Shown here: in pieces, positions 1 through 10,530 of the stretch
Layout: each line of letters opens with the position of its first letter
Position numbering within the stretch: position 1 is the stretch's first letter
Origin: Bryobacterales bacterium
Lineage (GTDB): Bacteria; Acidobacteriota; Terriglobia; Bryobacterales; UBA6623
Reading direction: 5' to 3'
Length of the DNA: 64,000 nucleotides
Assembly (NCBI GenBank): GCA_965226435.1
Contig: CBDDCY010000012.1
Location: 553,138-617,137 of the forward strand
The notes under the pieces: model-generated
The model's input: only the letters and a program-made list of their open reading frames with translations
Databases searched by the model: none
Told to the model about the DNA's origin: nothing
Position numbers and translations under genes: made by a program

Positions 1-3000
1 TTGACCGCCGTCGCATCGACGAACTCGAGCACGACGTTCGGGAACTGTACACGAATTGGGTGGGACGGGTTAAGCGCCTCGAAGACGACCTCAGAGCACT
101 CCGAGCGCGCTTGTCGGGCGTGGAACCGGTGGTGCCGGAAACCGCGACCGAAGCCGAGTCGGCACCCGAGCCGCCCGCGACGGAGCCCGGTTCCCCGGCC
201 GCCGCCGTTTCGGACGCCGGCCGCGAAGTTTCCGTCCCAGTTCCGGGCAGCGGACCGCGCCGCACAGTCGCCGGTGCGACCAACTTCTTCCGCTGAGCCG
301 GAGGAAGCTCCGGTTCCGGCAACCCCGCTTGCCGCTGCTTCATCCGCAACCGAGCCGGCCGCCGCGCCACCTCCGCCGCCACCCGCCGGCCCGCCCGTCG
401 AACCTCCCGGAATCAACTGGGAGCAGTGGCTCGGCATTCGCGGGGCCGCTGTGTTGGGCGGTATCGTCATGGCGCTGGCCGCCATTTTGTTTCTCAAGTA
501 TTCGATCGAGCAGGGACTCATCCCCCAATTGTTCGCGTCGCGATCGGGTTCTTGGCGGGAGTCGGTTGTCTGTTCGCCGGCGAGAAGCTGCGCGAGCGCG
601 ATTATGGCGTGACCGCGAACGCTTTGTCGGGCGCGGGCATCATCATTCTCTATGCCTCGGTGTGGGCGGCGCGCGTCCTTTATGAGCTGATCGGCACGAC
701 GCCGGCATACGGGCTGATGATCCTGATCACGATCGTCTGCGGTCTGCTCTCGTGGCGCTACCGAGGCCTCGACATCGCCATGCTGGGGATGATCGGCGGC
801 TTCCTGACGCCGCTGCTGCTTTCCACCGGACAAGACAACCCGATCGGCTTGTTCGCTTACATTTTGCTGCTCGACGTTGGGTTGTTGGTCTTGGCGCGGG
901 CTCGGCGATGGCCGCTGCTCGGCGCGCTGAGCCTGGGCGGAACTGTTCTATACCAGTTACTTTGGATCTTTGGGCGCATGGGGCCCGACCGCGCTCTTTT
1001 GGGGCTGGCGATCCTGGGCGTGTTCGCCGTGTTCTACGGTCTCGCGGGACATTGGGGCGCGCGGCGTGACGAGGAAGGCGATCCCGCCGAGGCCGCGCTT
1101 GAGCAACTGACCCGAGGGGCGGCCGTCCTGCTGCCGTTTGCGTTTGGGCTCTATTTCGCGGGCCGCGCCGATTTTGGGGCGCACCTCTATCCGATTGGGG
1201 TTCTGCTGTTGCTGCTCTCGGGGCCTGGCGGTTTGGCTGAGCCGCGTCGAAGCGGCGCCGGGCCTTGCGACCGGGGCGGCTTCGGGAAGCGTGGCGGTCG
1301 TTTTTGCGTGGATCATTCGCACGCGCTGGAGTACGGCTCTTGCCTGGGAAGCGGTGGGCATATCGCTGGCCTTGGCGCTGGTTTTCCACGCTCTGTGGGA
1401 ATGGATGCAACGAGACCTTGCCGAGGCTGAAGGTGAGCCTCGGCCGCGCTCAACAGCCTCGCTGATCGCCGCGGCTGGATTCTTCTTTCTGTTCGTCATT
1501 GGGGCGACGGTTGGCGGTACGCCATTGTTTATCCCCTGGTTTGTGGGCTGGCTCGGCGCGGCGGCACTGCTGATGAGGCAATCGGCCGAGCCGGGGGAGG
1601 AATACAGGAGCACCTTGGCGGCATTGGGCTTGGGGGCGGCTTTGGCGTTTTTCCTGGGAGCATTTCGAGGTGTGGAAGGCTTCCCGGCCTTCGAGATCTA
1701 CTTTGCCTGGGTGGGGCTCTGCGCGGCGGGCTTCCAGGTCTTTGCCGTTACTCGCGAAGCCGGCCCAAGGCGCAACTGGGCCGAACTCGCGGCGGCCACG
1801 ATGCCCGCCGTGGTGTTGATGTTCCTTTGCCTGGAGGGGTTTGAGCCGTTGATGTCGCCCTCGCTCTTCCATACGGCGACTATCCTTTTAGCGTTGCTGA
1901 TCGTTCTCGCGGCCACGCGGCTTTCTTCCGGAGAGATGTACTTGGGCGCGGTGCTGTTAGCTGTCTTCGCTCAGACGTTGTGGACCTCTTCGATGAGCGG
2001 ACGGCTAAACCAGGACGAGGCATTGCTCGTCTTTGCTTTTCAGCTTGCCGCCGTAGTGCTGTTTTCCTGGTGGCCGTTTCTAACGCGCTCGGCTCTTGCC
2101 GGAGAGACTTGGGCTTGGAGAGCGGCGGCCTTGGCGGGCCCGGCATGGTTCCTGTCTTTGAAGGAACTCTACGAAATGCGTTTCGGCTCCGAGACGATTG
2201 GTCTGTTACCGGTCGGGCTGGCCGCGCTGTCGCTCGGGGCCGCCTTTCAAGCCCGCGGTCTCGGTGTACTCGACGCAGCTATGCGCAAGCGCGGGCTGGT
2301 GTGGTTCTCGGCGATCGCGATGAGCTTTGTGAGCGTAGCCATTCCCCTACAGCTTGAGAACGAATGGGTCACGATCGGCTGGGCGTTGCAAGGCGTCGGG
2401 CTGGCGGCCCTTTGGAAGCGCCTCGACCACGCCGGGCTGAAATACTTCAGTTGGGCGCTGTTGGCGGCGGTGACGATTTCGCCTTGTCGCTAACGCCGAG
2501 CTTTTCGATTACCACCCCAGCGGCGGGTTCCCGATCGTCAATTGGCTGATGTACACCTATCTCGTGCCGGCCGCAGCCTTGTTGGGAGCGGCTTGGCACT
2601 TTTACGGCGTCGAAGTCGAGCGGCGTCTCGATTGGGAAGAGGGGCTTTATGCTTCGGGCAAACCGATCGGCGCCTTAGGGTGCGGCGTGGCGGCGATCGC
2701 CGTGATTTTCGTCTGGATCAACCTCACGATCTTCGATTTCTTCTCGGTTTCCACGCAGCTTACAATTTCGTTCGAACGCATGGCGGCGCGCGATCTGACA
2801 CAGTCGCTGGCTTGGGCGCTGTACGCTCTTGTCTTACTCACGATTGGCGTGGCTTGGAAGAGTGCCGGGCTGCGCTGGATCAGCCTCGGTTTCCTGATCC
2901 TGACGATCGGCAAGGTCTTCTTGCACGACCTGGGGGAACTCGAGGATCTCTACCGCGTAGCCTCGCTGGTCGGGCTGGCGCTGAGCCTGATTCTGGTTTC

Positions 3001-3055
3001 ACTGGGCTATCAACGCTTCGTCTTTCGGCGCGAAGAGCCCGAGGAGGGCGAATGA
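1..3055 (+). pseudogene. DUF2339-family polytopic membrane protein, 5' end outside the window, interrupted by at least 4 frameshifts
   Basis: The sensible reading hops between frames. Frame 3 (3-~290) gives DRRRIDELEHDVRELYTNWVGRVKRLEDDLRALRARL plus a Pro/Ala linker. Frame 1 (~300-525) gives INWEQWLGIRGAAVLGGIVMALAAILFLKYSIEQGLI. Frame 3 (~527-1220) gives VRVAIGFLAGVGCLFAGEKLRERDYG. Frame 1 runs ~1222-2478. Frame 2 (2480-3055) gives RLVANAELFDYHPSGGFPIVNWLMYTYLVP. The switches sit at C5 (522-526), G4 (1220-1223) and T3 (2477-2479). Many TM helices and a coiled N-terminus fit DUF2339. Confidence 0.6.
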
Positions 3056-5117
3056 AACTGCATCTGTCGGCGACAGCGGCCTTGATAGCCCTTCTGGTTG
3101 TCTCGACGGCGCCGCCCGCGCTTTCCCAACCCGCGGACCTGCGCCCCTTATTTCCGTCACGGGCTGATATCCATGTCTCCACCGGCCGGCTGGCTCGGAT
3201 CGAGTTGGCGCCCGAAGTGTTGTCGGCCTGTCGAGCCGATCTCTCCGACTTGAGGATCATCGACGCCGCCGGTCGCGAGGTCCCCTATCGCATCGACAGC
3301 AACTTCGCGGGCGGGGCCGAGCGCCAAGTCGAGCGAAGTTTTCCCGCCGAGCTGCTCGAGGTGGACCGCCAAACCATCGAGCGCGACGCGGGTCCGCCGT
3401 TGCGTCGCGAAACCTATGAACTCGCCGCGCCGCCGGAACCCTCGCGGACCGGCGCTTGGGACCTGGTCTTTGAAAGTCGCCGCCCGCGCTTCGTCCGCCG
3501 AGTGACTCTCGAGACCCGACGGAGCGACGGGGCCGTTGCGGTCTTACGTGGAGCGTCGATCTTTCGGCTGGGGTCCTCATCGCGGGAAAAAGCGTACCTC
3601 ACGATCGAGGGTGGTGGGCTCGATCGGGTGATCGTCACGCTCGAAGGCGAGGAAAATTTCTTTCTCGAACCCGACTTTCGATACGAAGAGTCACTGCTGA
3701 TTCCCGATGAGCGCGTTGCCGTCGAACTCATCGAGGTTGGCCGAAGCGAAACGGCCGGGCAAACGACGATTGAGTTGGCTCGTCCGCGGGGTCTGGTGCC
3801 CGCTGCTCTACAGGTCGCGACCTCGACGCGCACGTTCAACCGCCGCGCGCGGGTTCGAGACCAGGGCCCGGGCGGGGGCGATCGAGAGTTGGGTCGGCGA
3901 GCCGTCTACCGCGTACCCGGTTTTACCACCGCCGAGGAGCTCGAAGTGCCGATCTCGCCCGCCCGCGGCGATCGGCTCGCAGTGGTGATCGACAACGGCG
4001 ACAGTCCCCCACTCGAAGGTCTGCGTTTTCAGGCGATCGTTCGCCGTCCGGCGCTGGTCTTCGCGCTCGAAGGCACGGGCCCCCGACGAAGTCGCCGGGA
4101 CCCTCTACTTTGGCGGCGGCCGAGCGCACCGGCCTCGTTACGACATCGAGCAAACGATCCAAGCCGCCGCGCCGGCCAAGGGCGGCGAGGAGCGCTATGC
4201 AACCGGCTCGGTTGGGTCCGGTCGAGGCCAACCCGGTTTTTGATGCCGCCCCAATACTTGGCTTCGCGATGCGTCCCGGCGCGGAAATCGATCCTCGAGA
4301 ATTCACGCACCGTCGCCGTATCGAGGCCGACCCCTCTCGCCCGAGGGCCTTAACCGTTTGCGGCTCGGCCTGGATGATTTGGCGCACCTGCGCGGCGATT
4401 TGGCGGGACCTGCGCATCGTCGACGACGAATCGCGGCAATGGGCTTATCTCGTCGAGCGTGATGTCGACCACGAGTTTCACCCGCTGAATATCGGAGCTC
4501 GCGAATCGATCGACACCGCCTCCCATTACCATTTTTCTCCGCCCGTCGCGCCGGCCGTTGTCGACCGCATTATGCTTACGTCCGTCGTGCCTTATCTCGA
4601 TCGCCCCTACCAACTGCGTGCGAAGCGCGGCGAGCAAGAGATACTTCTCGGGCGAGGGCGACTCACCCGGGCGGCCATGGGGAGGGCGCCGGCCTCCGGC
4701 AATGGAGACGCGATTACCATCGAATTCTCTCCCGGTCCGGTGGATTCGTTGGAGCTGATCATTGAAGACGGCGACGACGCCCCGCTGGTGTTGAGCGAGG
4801 TCGTCGGGCGCTTCCCGGTGAGCGATGTCTATTTCGCGGCGCCGGCGGGCACGTACTATTTGCTCGTCGGGCACCCCGAAGCCACCGCGCCGCGTTATGA
4901 GCTGGCACGAGTGAGGGATTTGGTCCTAGCGGTCCCCAGCGCCGCCGCCGGCACAGCGCCCCTGACCGAAAACGAAGCGTTCTCCCCGGCCACCCGCCTA
5001 ACGTCGGGAAGCGGCGTGCAACAAACTCTGCTGTGGATCGCTTTAGGCCTGGCGGTCGTGTTTCTGACCGGCCTGACTCTGCGTTTGGCGCGGAAAGAGC
5101 AAGTGTCGGCCGATTAA
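3052..5117 (+). pseudogene. DUF3999-family secreted/anchored protein with about 4 frameshifts clustered in 4080-4410
   Basis: The ATG at 3052 overlaps the upstream stop (ATGA). Signal peptide MKLHLSATAALIALLVVSTAPPALS. Motif LSDLRIIDAAGREVPY and a C-terminal TM helix (LLWIALGLAVVFLTGL). The sensible reading goes frame 1 -> 2 at C5 (4080-4084, giving DEVAGTLYFGGGRAHRPRYDIEQ), then -> 3 near 4200 (ARLGPVEANPVFDAAP), -> 2 near 4338 (PEGLNRLRLGLDDLAHLRGDLA), and -> 3 at G3 (4405-4407, DLRIVDDESRQWAYLVE). DUF2339+DUF3999 is a known conserved gene pair. Confidence 0.55.
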
Positions 5118-5179
5118 TTCTCCGCCGACAAATCCGGCCCGGGTGCCGGTACGCGGATCGTCGTCCGAGCAGGGTATCT

Positions 5180-6445
5180 TCACGACAAGACAAACGAGGT
5201 CTCTCGCCCGGCGGCGCGCGCCACGGCTTCGGCCGCCTGATAGCCGCTCCGCACGGCTCCCTCCATCGTTGCCGGCCAGCCGGTTCGGGTCCAATCGCCG
5301 GCGAGAAAAACATTCGGGTACTTCGTCGCCGTAGGCGGGCGGTGCGCCTCCAGGCCCGGGGCAATCGAATACGTCGCTCGGGCTTCCTTGATCACATGGG
5401 CCTTGACCAATTTGGCGTCGTGGGCCGCGGGGAAAAACTCGACCAGCTCCCGCCGCGCCGTTTCGATGATCGCCTCTCGGGACAGCGGCACCAAAGACCG
5501 CGAAGCGCTGACGACGCATTGCACATAGTTCGCCGACTTGCGAAACATCCACTGCATCGTGCGGTCGAGCAGGACGGCGTGAGGCAGATCGGTCACTTCG
5601 CGGTCGAACCAAAGATGAATTCCCGTGATCGGCGAATGCTCGAATTTCTCGAGTGGCAGCGCAAGTTCGGGAACAAGCGCATTCACGCGCTCAAACGGGA
5701 CGGCGCTTATGTAAAAGTCCGCCGCGCGATCGTTTGGGTCGATGCGCTCGACCGGCGAGCGCAAGTGAAAACGAACCCGCTCGCCAAACCTCTCCGCCGA
5801 CCCCGCCGAGTAAAGCTCGCCGAGCGGCACGGCGGGGATGCCCATTTCGTAGCTCTCACGTGTCGCCATCAAACCTTCCAAGAAGACCTGAAACGCCGGG
5901 CGAGCCGAGGCGCGCTCGGGATCTTCATTCAGCGCGCTCACCAGAATCGGCCTCCAAAAACGCTCGACGGCATTCCCCGCGGCTCCCTTCGACGCCAACC
6001 AATCAGCCATCGTGACGGTGTCGAGATCGGCCCGGTTTCGCTCACGCCGCATGGCGCCCAGCGCTCTGAAGATCGAGCGTTTGTCAGCGAAAGTCAGCCC
6101 CTTGAAACCGAGCAACGATCCGAGAAGATGCGCCGGCGCGGGCAGCCGGCCCGGTTTCAGGATATCCGTCGCGCCGCCGGGACGAACGAAGTACAACCGA
6201 TCATAGAAGCGAATCTTTTCTTCCACCCCGCCGCGCCGGTAGAAATCCAATAGGTTCGTAAAGCAGCGCAGCAAGACATGCTGGCAGTTGTCGATGTGTT
6301 CGGAATCTTCCGCGGCGGGGTTGAGGGGAAACGACGTCGCGCGGCCCCCGAGAAAGGGGCGTGCTTCGTGGAGCTCGATCTCGAAACCGATCGATCCAAG
6401 AGCGGCCGCGGCGGCCAGCCCGGCAAGCCCGCCTCCGACGATCAC
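5180..6445 (-). CDS. hpnE: Hydroxysqualene dehydroxylase (FAD-dependent amine-oxidase/phytoene-desaturase fold)
   Basis: N-terminal dinucleotide-binding motif VVIVGGGLAGLAAAAAL..ELHEARPFLGGRA. It lies directly downstream of hpnD and hpnC. I place the start at the GTG at 6445, overlapping the hpnD stop; the ORF-track Met at 6688 would overlap hpnD by 240 nt. Confidence 0.8.
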   Translation of the reverse strand: MIVGGGLAGLAAAAALGSIGFEIELHEARPFLGGRATSFPLNPAAEDSEHIDNCQHVLLRCFTNLLDFYRRGGVEEKIRFYDRLYFVRPGGATDILKPGRLPAPAHLLGSLLGFKGLTFADKRSIFRALGAMRRERNRADLDTVTMADWLASKGAAGNAVERFWRPILVSALNEDPERASARPAFQVFLEGLMATRESYEMGIPAVPLGELYSAGSAERFGERVRFHLRSPVERIDPNDRAADFYISAVPFERVNALVPELALPLEKFEHSPITGIHLWFDREVTDLPHAVLLDRTMQWMFRKSANYVQCVVSASRSLVPLSREAIIETARRELVEFFPAAHDAKLVKAHVIKEARATYSIAPGLEAHRPPTATKYPNVFLAGDWTRTGWPATMEGAVRSGYQAAEAVARAAGRETSFVLS

Positions 6446-7326
6446 TACGCGGGGTATGGCGGCGCTCCTCCGGTCAATCGCAGCTTCAGCGCTTGGACGA
6501 CGATCCACACCTTTTCGAAATCGCTCAATCGGGCGCGGCTCGTGAAGACATCGTAGCCGCGGCCGCGAATGCGCCGCAAGATACCGTAGTAGATCGAAAT
6601 CATGGCCCACAGCGAGGGGCGCCCGGTCGGGCTGACCATGCCGAGCAGCGGCGCGGCTTCGGCGTAATATCGGTTGGCGCGCTCCCACTCGAAGGCCATC
6701 AACTTTTCAAACCCTTCTCCCGGACGGCCCGCGAGCAAATCCTCGGCGCTGACTCCGAACCTTGCGAGGTCTTCCTGGGGCAGATAGATGCGTCCCATGC
6801 GGGCGTCTTCGGGAATGTCTCGCAGGATGTTGGTGAGCTGAAAGGCCACGCCGCATTTTTCGGCCAAGCGAAGCGCGTCAGGCGAGTCGAACCCCCAGAC
6901 GTGAATACAAGTCATGCCGACGACCGAGGCGACCTGATAGCAATAGCGGTAGAGCTCGTCGAAGGTCTTGGGCTGTCGCGGAACCAAGTCCGAGCCCACG
7001 CCATCGATCAGTTCGAAAAAATATTCGGGCGGAATACGGTAGCGTTTGACCGTGTCGTGAAAGGCGGGCAGGATCGGGTTGTCGCCGTAACGCCCTTCGA
7101 GCGCTTGTTGGAGTCCGTGTTTCCAATCGGCAAGCGCCGCGCGGCGAGCCGCTACCGGCGGTTCGGTCTCGTCGCTGATGTCGTCGGCGTACCGCATGAA
7201 CGCATAGATGGCGCACATGGCGGTCTTTTGTTCGCGGGGAAGCAGCACAAAGGAGTAGTAGAAATTCCTTGCCCGGCGGCGAGCGATGCGCCGACAATGC
7301 TCGTACGATTCTTCGAGGGGAGGCAT
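6445..7326 (-). CDS. hpnD: Presqualene diphosphate synthase (squalene/phytoene synthase family)
   Basis: SQS/PSY family motifs YAFMRYADDISDE and YCYQVASVVG..NILRDIPEDARMGRIYLP. Position between hpnC and hpnE. Confidence 0.85.
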   Translation of the reverse strand: MPPLEESYEHCRRIARRRARNFYYSFVLLPREQKTAMCAIYAFMRYADDISDETEPPVAARRAALADWKHGLQQALEGRYGDNPILPAFHDTVKRYRIPPEYFFELIDGVGSDLVPRQPKTFDELYRYCYQVASVVGMTCIHVWGFDSPDALRLAEKCGVAFQLTNILRDIPEDARMGRIYLPQEDLARFGVSAEDLLAGRPGEGFEKLMAFEWERANRYYAEAAPLLGMVSPTGRPSLWAMISIYYGILRRIRGRGYDVFTSRARLSDFEKVWIVVQALKLRLTGGAPPYPA

Positions 7327-7339
7327 AAAACTGCCTGTC

Positions 7340-8320
7340 CTAGATAGGGCTGATTTCCCGCGCCCGGGCCGGGTGGGTCAACAGCCTGCGCGTCGCCACG
7401 CGGAGCAACAGCGATAGCCGACCGACTTTGCCGAGTTTGGGCCGCTGTCTTATGGTGTCGTAGTCTTGGCGGCGAATCAACTCCAGAATCGCCAAGCCGC
7501 CGCGGCTGAATAGTTCCAGGTCCACCGCCAAGCGACGGTCGACTTGATCGGCCAACGGGAGCCCCTTGCGGAACAGTCGCTCGGCGTCGTCGACGAGGCT
7601 TCGAGTTATTGCCCGGAACTCGGGACGAGCCTGCCCGCGCTGTAAATCCTCGTCGAGCATGTCGAGCGAGTAGTGATGTGATTCCATGCGGTCGAGCGGG
7701 ATGTAGACTCGGTCGATCGCCCGGTCGCACGCGACGTCTTGCCAAAAGTTGGTCAATTGCAAGGCGGTGCAAGTGAAGTCGGAGAGGCGTCGTCGGTCGT
7801 CGTCGGTGTAGCCGCAAAGGTGCAGCACGAGCCGGCCGACGGGGTTGGCCGAATAGCGGCAATATTCCAGAAGCTGTTCGTCATTGGCGTAGCGGGTTAC
7901 GGATTGGTCTTGGACAAAGGCGCTAATCAAATCGGCAAAGGGCTCTTCGGGGATGTCGTGTTTTTTGACGGTTTCGCGGAGCGCCACGTAAACGGGATGC
8001 TTGGCCCGGCCGCTATAGAGCGCGGCCAGCTCTTCACGCCACCACCCGAGCAAAACCAGACTGCGCTCGGTGTCGCCCATCTCGTCGCCCAGGTCGTCCG
8101 CCCAGCGGCAGAAGGCGTAGACGTTGAAGAAATCCTGATGGAGATGCGCGGGCAGCAGCCGACTGACGAGCTGAAAGTTTTCATAGTGGGAGCGAGCCAG
8201 CCGCCGCGTGTAGTCGAGAGAATCGTCGAGAGACCAGGCGGGAAATTCCGTACCCACGGCTGCGACAAAATCAGCGGGCTGAAGGAAGGGTTTCACGACC
8301 GGTGCGGCAACTGGGGACAT
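7340..8320 (-). CDS. hpnC: Hydroxysqualene synthase (squalene synthase-like)
   Basis: Motifs YAFCRWADDLGDE and QLTNFWQDVACDRAIDRVYIP. The start is taken at the Met of MSPVAAPVVKPF (8320); the upstream 117 codons of the ORF are Arg/Pro-rich and look non-coding. Confidence 0.8.
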   Translation of the reverse strand: MSPVAAPVVKPFLQPADFVAAVGTEFPAWSLDDSLDYTRRLARSHYENFQLVSRLLPAHLHQDFFNVYAFCRWADDLGDEMGDTERSLVLLGWWREELAALYSGRAKHPVYVALRETVKKHDIPEEPFADLISAFVQDQSVTRYANDEQLLEYCRYSANPVGRLVLHLCGYTDDDRRRLSDFTCTALQLTNFWQDVACDRAIDRVYIPLDRMESHHYSLDMLDEDLQRGQARPEFRAITRSLVDDAERLFRKGLPLADQVDRRLAVDLELFSRGGLAILELIRRQDYDTIRQRPKLGKVGRLSLLLRVATRRLLTHPARAREISPI

Positions 8321-8373
8321 TGGGTCGCGCAGGCGACGCCGCGATCCGACCAAGCAAGAGCGCTCTTCCACCG

Positions 8374-9435
8374 CTACGGCAGAATCGCTGTTTTCAGATG
8401 GCCGTTGTGGCTCATCATTTCGCGGAAAACCGAGAGCAGATCGGACAGCGGCGCTTCGTTGATGACGAAATCGGCCGAGCGCAGGTCGCGTCGGCGAATG
8501 ATTTCGAGGGCCTGGCGGATATGCCGCGGGGTGTGGTGGAAGCTCGACTTGAGCGTAACCTCGGAGTAGTGAATCAGCGAAGTGTCGATCGGTACGTGGC
8601 TGTTGCCGGGACAACCGCCGAAGAAGTTGACGGTCCCGCCGCCGCGCACCATCCCCATCGCCGCCTGCCAAGTATCGGGCGTGCCGACAGCTTCGATCAC
8701 GGCGTCCGCGCCGCGCCGCTCGTCGGTGAGGCCGCGCACTTGGGCCACCCAGTCGGCGCCGTCGGCGGCGATGACGAGTTCGTCGGCGCCCATGCGCTCG
8801 GCACGCTCAAGCTGCGTCGGGCGGCGGCCGATAGCAATCACGCGCGCGCCGCTGAGGTGCGCCAATCGCACGAACATCAGCCCGATCGGACCGAGCCCGA
8901 TCACCGCGACCGTGTCTCCTTCGTGAATCGCGGTTTCCTCAATGCCCCGCATTACGCACGCCAGCGGCTCGACCATCGCCGCGTCGCGATAGGCAACTCC
9001 GTCGGCGATCTCGTGGGTATTGCAAGCAACAATCGGTCCCGGAATGCGAACGTACTCCGCATAAGCGCCGTTATTGAACAGCAGGTTTTCACAAAGGTTT
9101 TGTTGATCCCGCGTGCAGGGATAGCACTGCCGGCAAGGCGCCGAATTGGCCGCGACCACTCGCTGCCCCACTTGGAAGTTTTCCACTTCCGAACCTACCG
9201 CCACGATGTCGCCCGCCAGCTCATGCCCCAGCACCGCCGGAGGCTGGATCATGCGCGCATGGTAACCCCGCCGAAACACCTTCAAGTCGGTGCCGCAGGT
9301 CAGAGCCACCTGAACCCTCACCAAGATGTCGTTGGGTCCCGCGGACGGCACGGGAACCGGCTCAATGCGGAGTTCCTCTTTGCCGTACAACATCGCGGCC
9401 ATCATGGTCTGTTTCACGTTCGAATTCCTCAACAA
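8374..9435 (-). CDS. Zn-dependent medium-chain alcohol/polyol dehydrogenase (MDR family), paralog 2
   Basis: Catalytic Zn ligand region CGTDLK...GHELAG, structural Zn cluster CRQCYPCTRDQQNLC, and Rossmann motif VIGLGPIGL. It is 12 nt downstream of paralog 1. The exact start is uncertain (MLRNSNV or MMAAMLYG). Confidence 0.8.
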   Translation of the reverse strand: MLRNSNVKQTMMAAMLYGKEELRIEPVPVPSAGPNDILVRVQVALTCGTDLKVFRRGYHARMIQPPAVLGHELAGDIVAVGSEVENFQVGQRVVAANSAPCRQCYPCTRDQQNLCENLLFNNGAYAEYVRIPGPIVACNTHEIADGVAYRDAAMVEPLACVMRGIEETAIHEGDTVAVIGLGPIGLMFVRLAHLSGARVIAIGRRPTQLERAERMGADELVIAADGADWVAQVRGLTDERRGADAVIEAVGTPDTWQAAMGMVRGGGTVNFFGGCPGNSHVPIDTSLIHYSEVTLKSSFHHTPRHIRQALEIIRRRDLRSADFVINEAPLSDLLSVFREMMSHNGHLKTAILP

Positions 9436-9447
9436 ACGCTTGCGCCG

Positions 9448-10530
9448 TCAATTCTGCGGATGCACCACCAGCTTCAGAGAACCATTGACGGGATGACGCG
9501 CCAACTCGATCCCATGCTCCAACTCGCCCAAGGGCAGACGATGCGATATCAGCTCTTCGACCGGGAAGTCGTCGCGCCACACGATTTCCGCCGACTCTTG
9601 CTGCAAATCAATCGCGGCGCTATAGGACCCGAAGACGGTGCGCTCCTGGGCGCAAATCGCCGCGCCCGACAACTCAAACGTTTCCCGCGACGAGGTCTGC
9701 GCGAAAAGCATCACGCGGCCTCCGGGCCGTGAAGCTTCGATCGCCTTCTCGACAATCCGGGGCGCCGAAGCGGCCACGATGACGAGATCGGCGCCGCGCC
9801 CCGCGGTCTTGGCGGCCAACTCCGCGGCCAGGTCGGTTTCCAGTGGATTCCAGCATTCGACGGCGCCCATCCGCCGCGAAGCCTTGATACGCGGCTTCAA
9901 GACGTCGGTCGCGAAAACCTGCTCCACGCCCGCCTGCCCGAGCAGCATCGTAAACAGCAGCCCGATCGGGCCCTGCCCCATGACAAGGACGGTCTCGTCG
10001 CGGGCGACGTCACACTGCCGCAAAGCTTTCAAGCAGGTATTCACTGGTTCCACGAAACTGGCGCGGTCGAAACTGATATCGTTGGGAATCTTCACGACGC
10101 CGCGCCGCGCGATCCAATCCATAACCTTGACGTACTGCGCGAAGCCGCCCCCGGCCGGCTCGAATCCGGCCGTCACGCCGACTTTCTTGTAGGTCGCGCA
10201 CTGTGCGTAGTTGCCGTGCTCGCAATAGAAACAATCGAGACACGGCACATGGTGGAACAAGCAAACCCTGTCGCCCGGCGCGAGATCCCGCACCTCATCA
10301 CCGGTGCGCGCGACCACGCCGGCGGTTTCATGCCCAAAGACGCGCGGCGGCGGAAGCAGGTCGTATTCAATCTTTTTCAAATCCGTATGACAAATGCCGC
10401 AGGACTCCACGCGCACCAACAACTCGCCGGATCCGATTTCGGGGACCGGAAGCTGTTCCAAATGGACACGACTCGAGCCTCGATAAACCGAAGCTCCCAT
10501 CGAATCCGGCACCGCTAAAGCACTCATCAT
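9448..10530 (-). CDS. Zn-dependent medium-chain alcohol/polyol dehydrogenase (MDR family), paralog 1
   Basis: Motifs CGICHTDLK...GHETAG, structural Zn cluster CLDCFYCEHGNYAQC, and VMGQGPIGL. The start codon at 10530 directly abuts the hpnG stop (10531-10533). Confidence 0.8.
   Translation of the reverse strand: MMSALAVPDSMGASVYRGSSRVHLEQLPVPEIGSGELLVRVESCGICHTDLKKIEYDLLPPPRVFGHETAGVVARTGDEVRDLAPGDRVCLFHHVPCLDCFYCEHGNYAQCATYKKVGVTAGFEPAGGGFAQYVKVMDWIARRGVVKIPNDISFDRASFVEPVNTCLKALRQCDVARDETVLVMGQGPIGLLFTMLLGQAGVEQVFATDVLKPRIKASRRMGAVECWNPLETDLAAELAAKTAGRGADLVIVAASAPRIVEKAIEASRPGGRVMLFAQTSSRETFELSGAAICAQERTVFGSYSAAIDLQQESAEIVWRDDFPVEELISHRLPLGELEHGIELARHPVNGSLKLVVHPQN

Noticed and set aside
2542-3051. 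The N-terminal part of the 603-aa ORF 2542-4353, which overlaps the tail of the DUF2339 gene.
   Set aside because: The convincing signal peptide of the DUF3999 protein starts at 3052 (ATGA overlap). The upstream part is Arg-rich out-of-frame sequence of the DUF2339 C-terminus.
5033-6253. A 406-aa plus-strand ORF opposite hpnE. Similar long antisense ORFs occur at 6361-7347, 8302-9732, 20363-21364, 47510-48826, 56643-57788 and 58911-59921.
   Set aside because: These are Arg/Pro/Gly-rich translations without family motifs, and they lie exactly opposite strongly supported genes. They are typical shadow ORFs of high-GC DNA.
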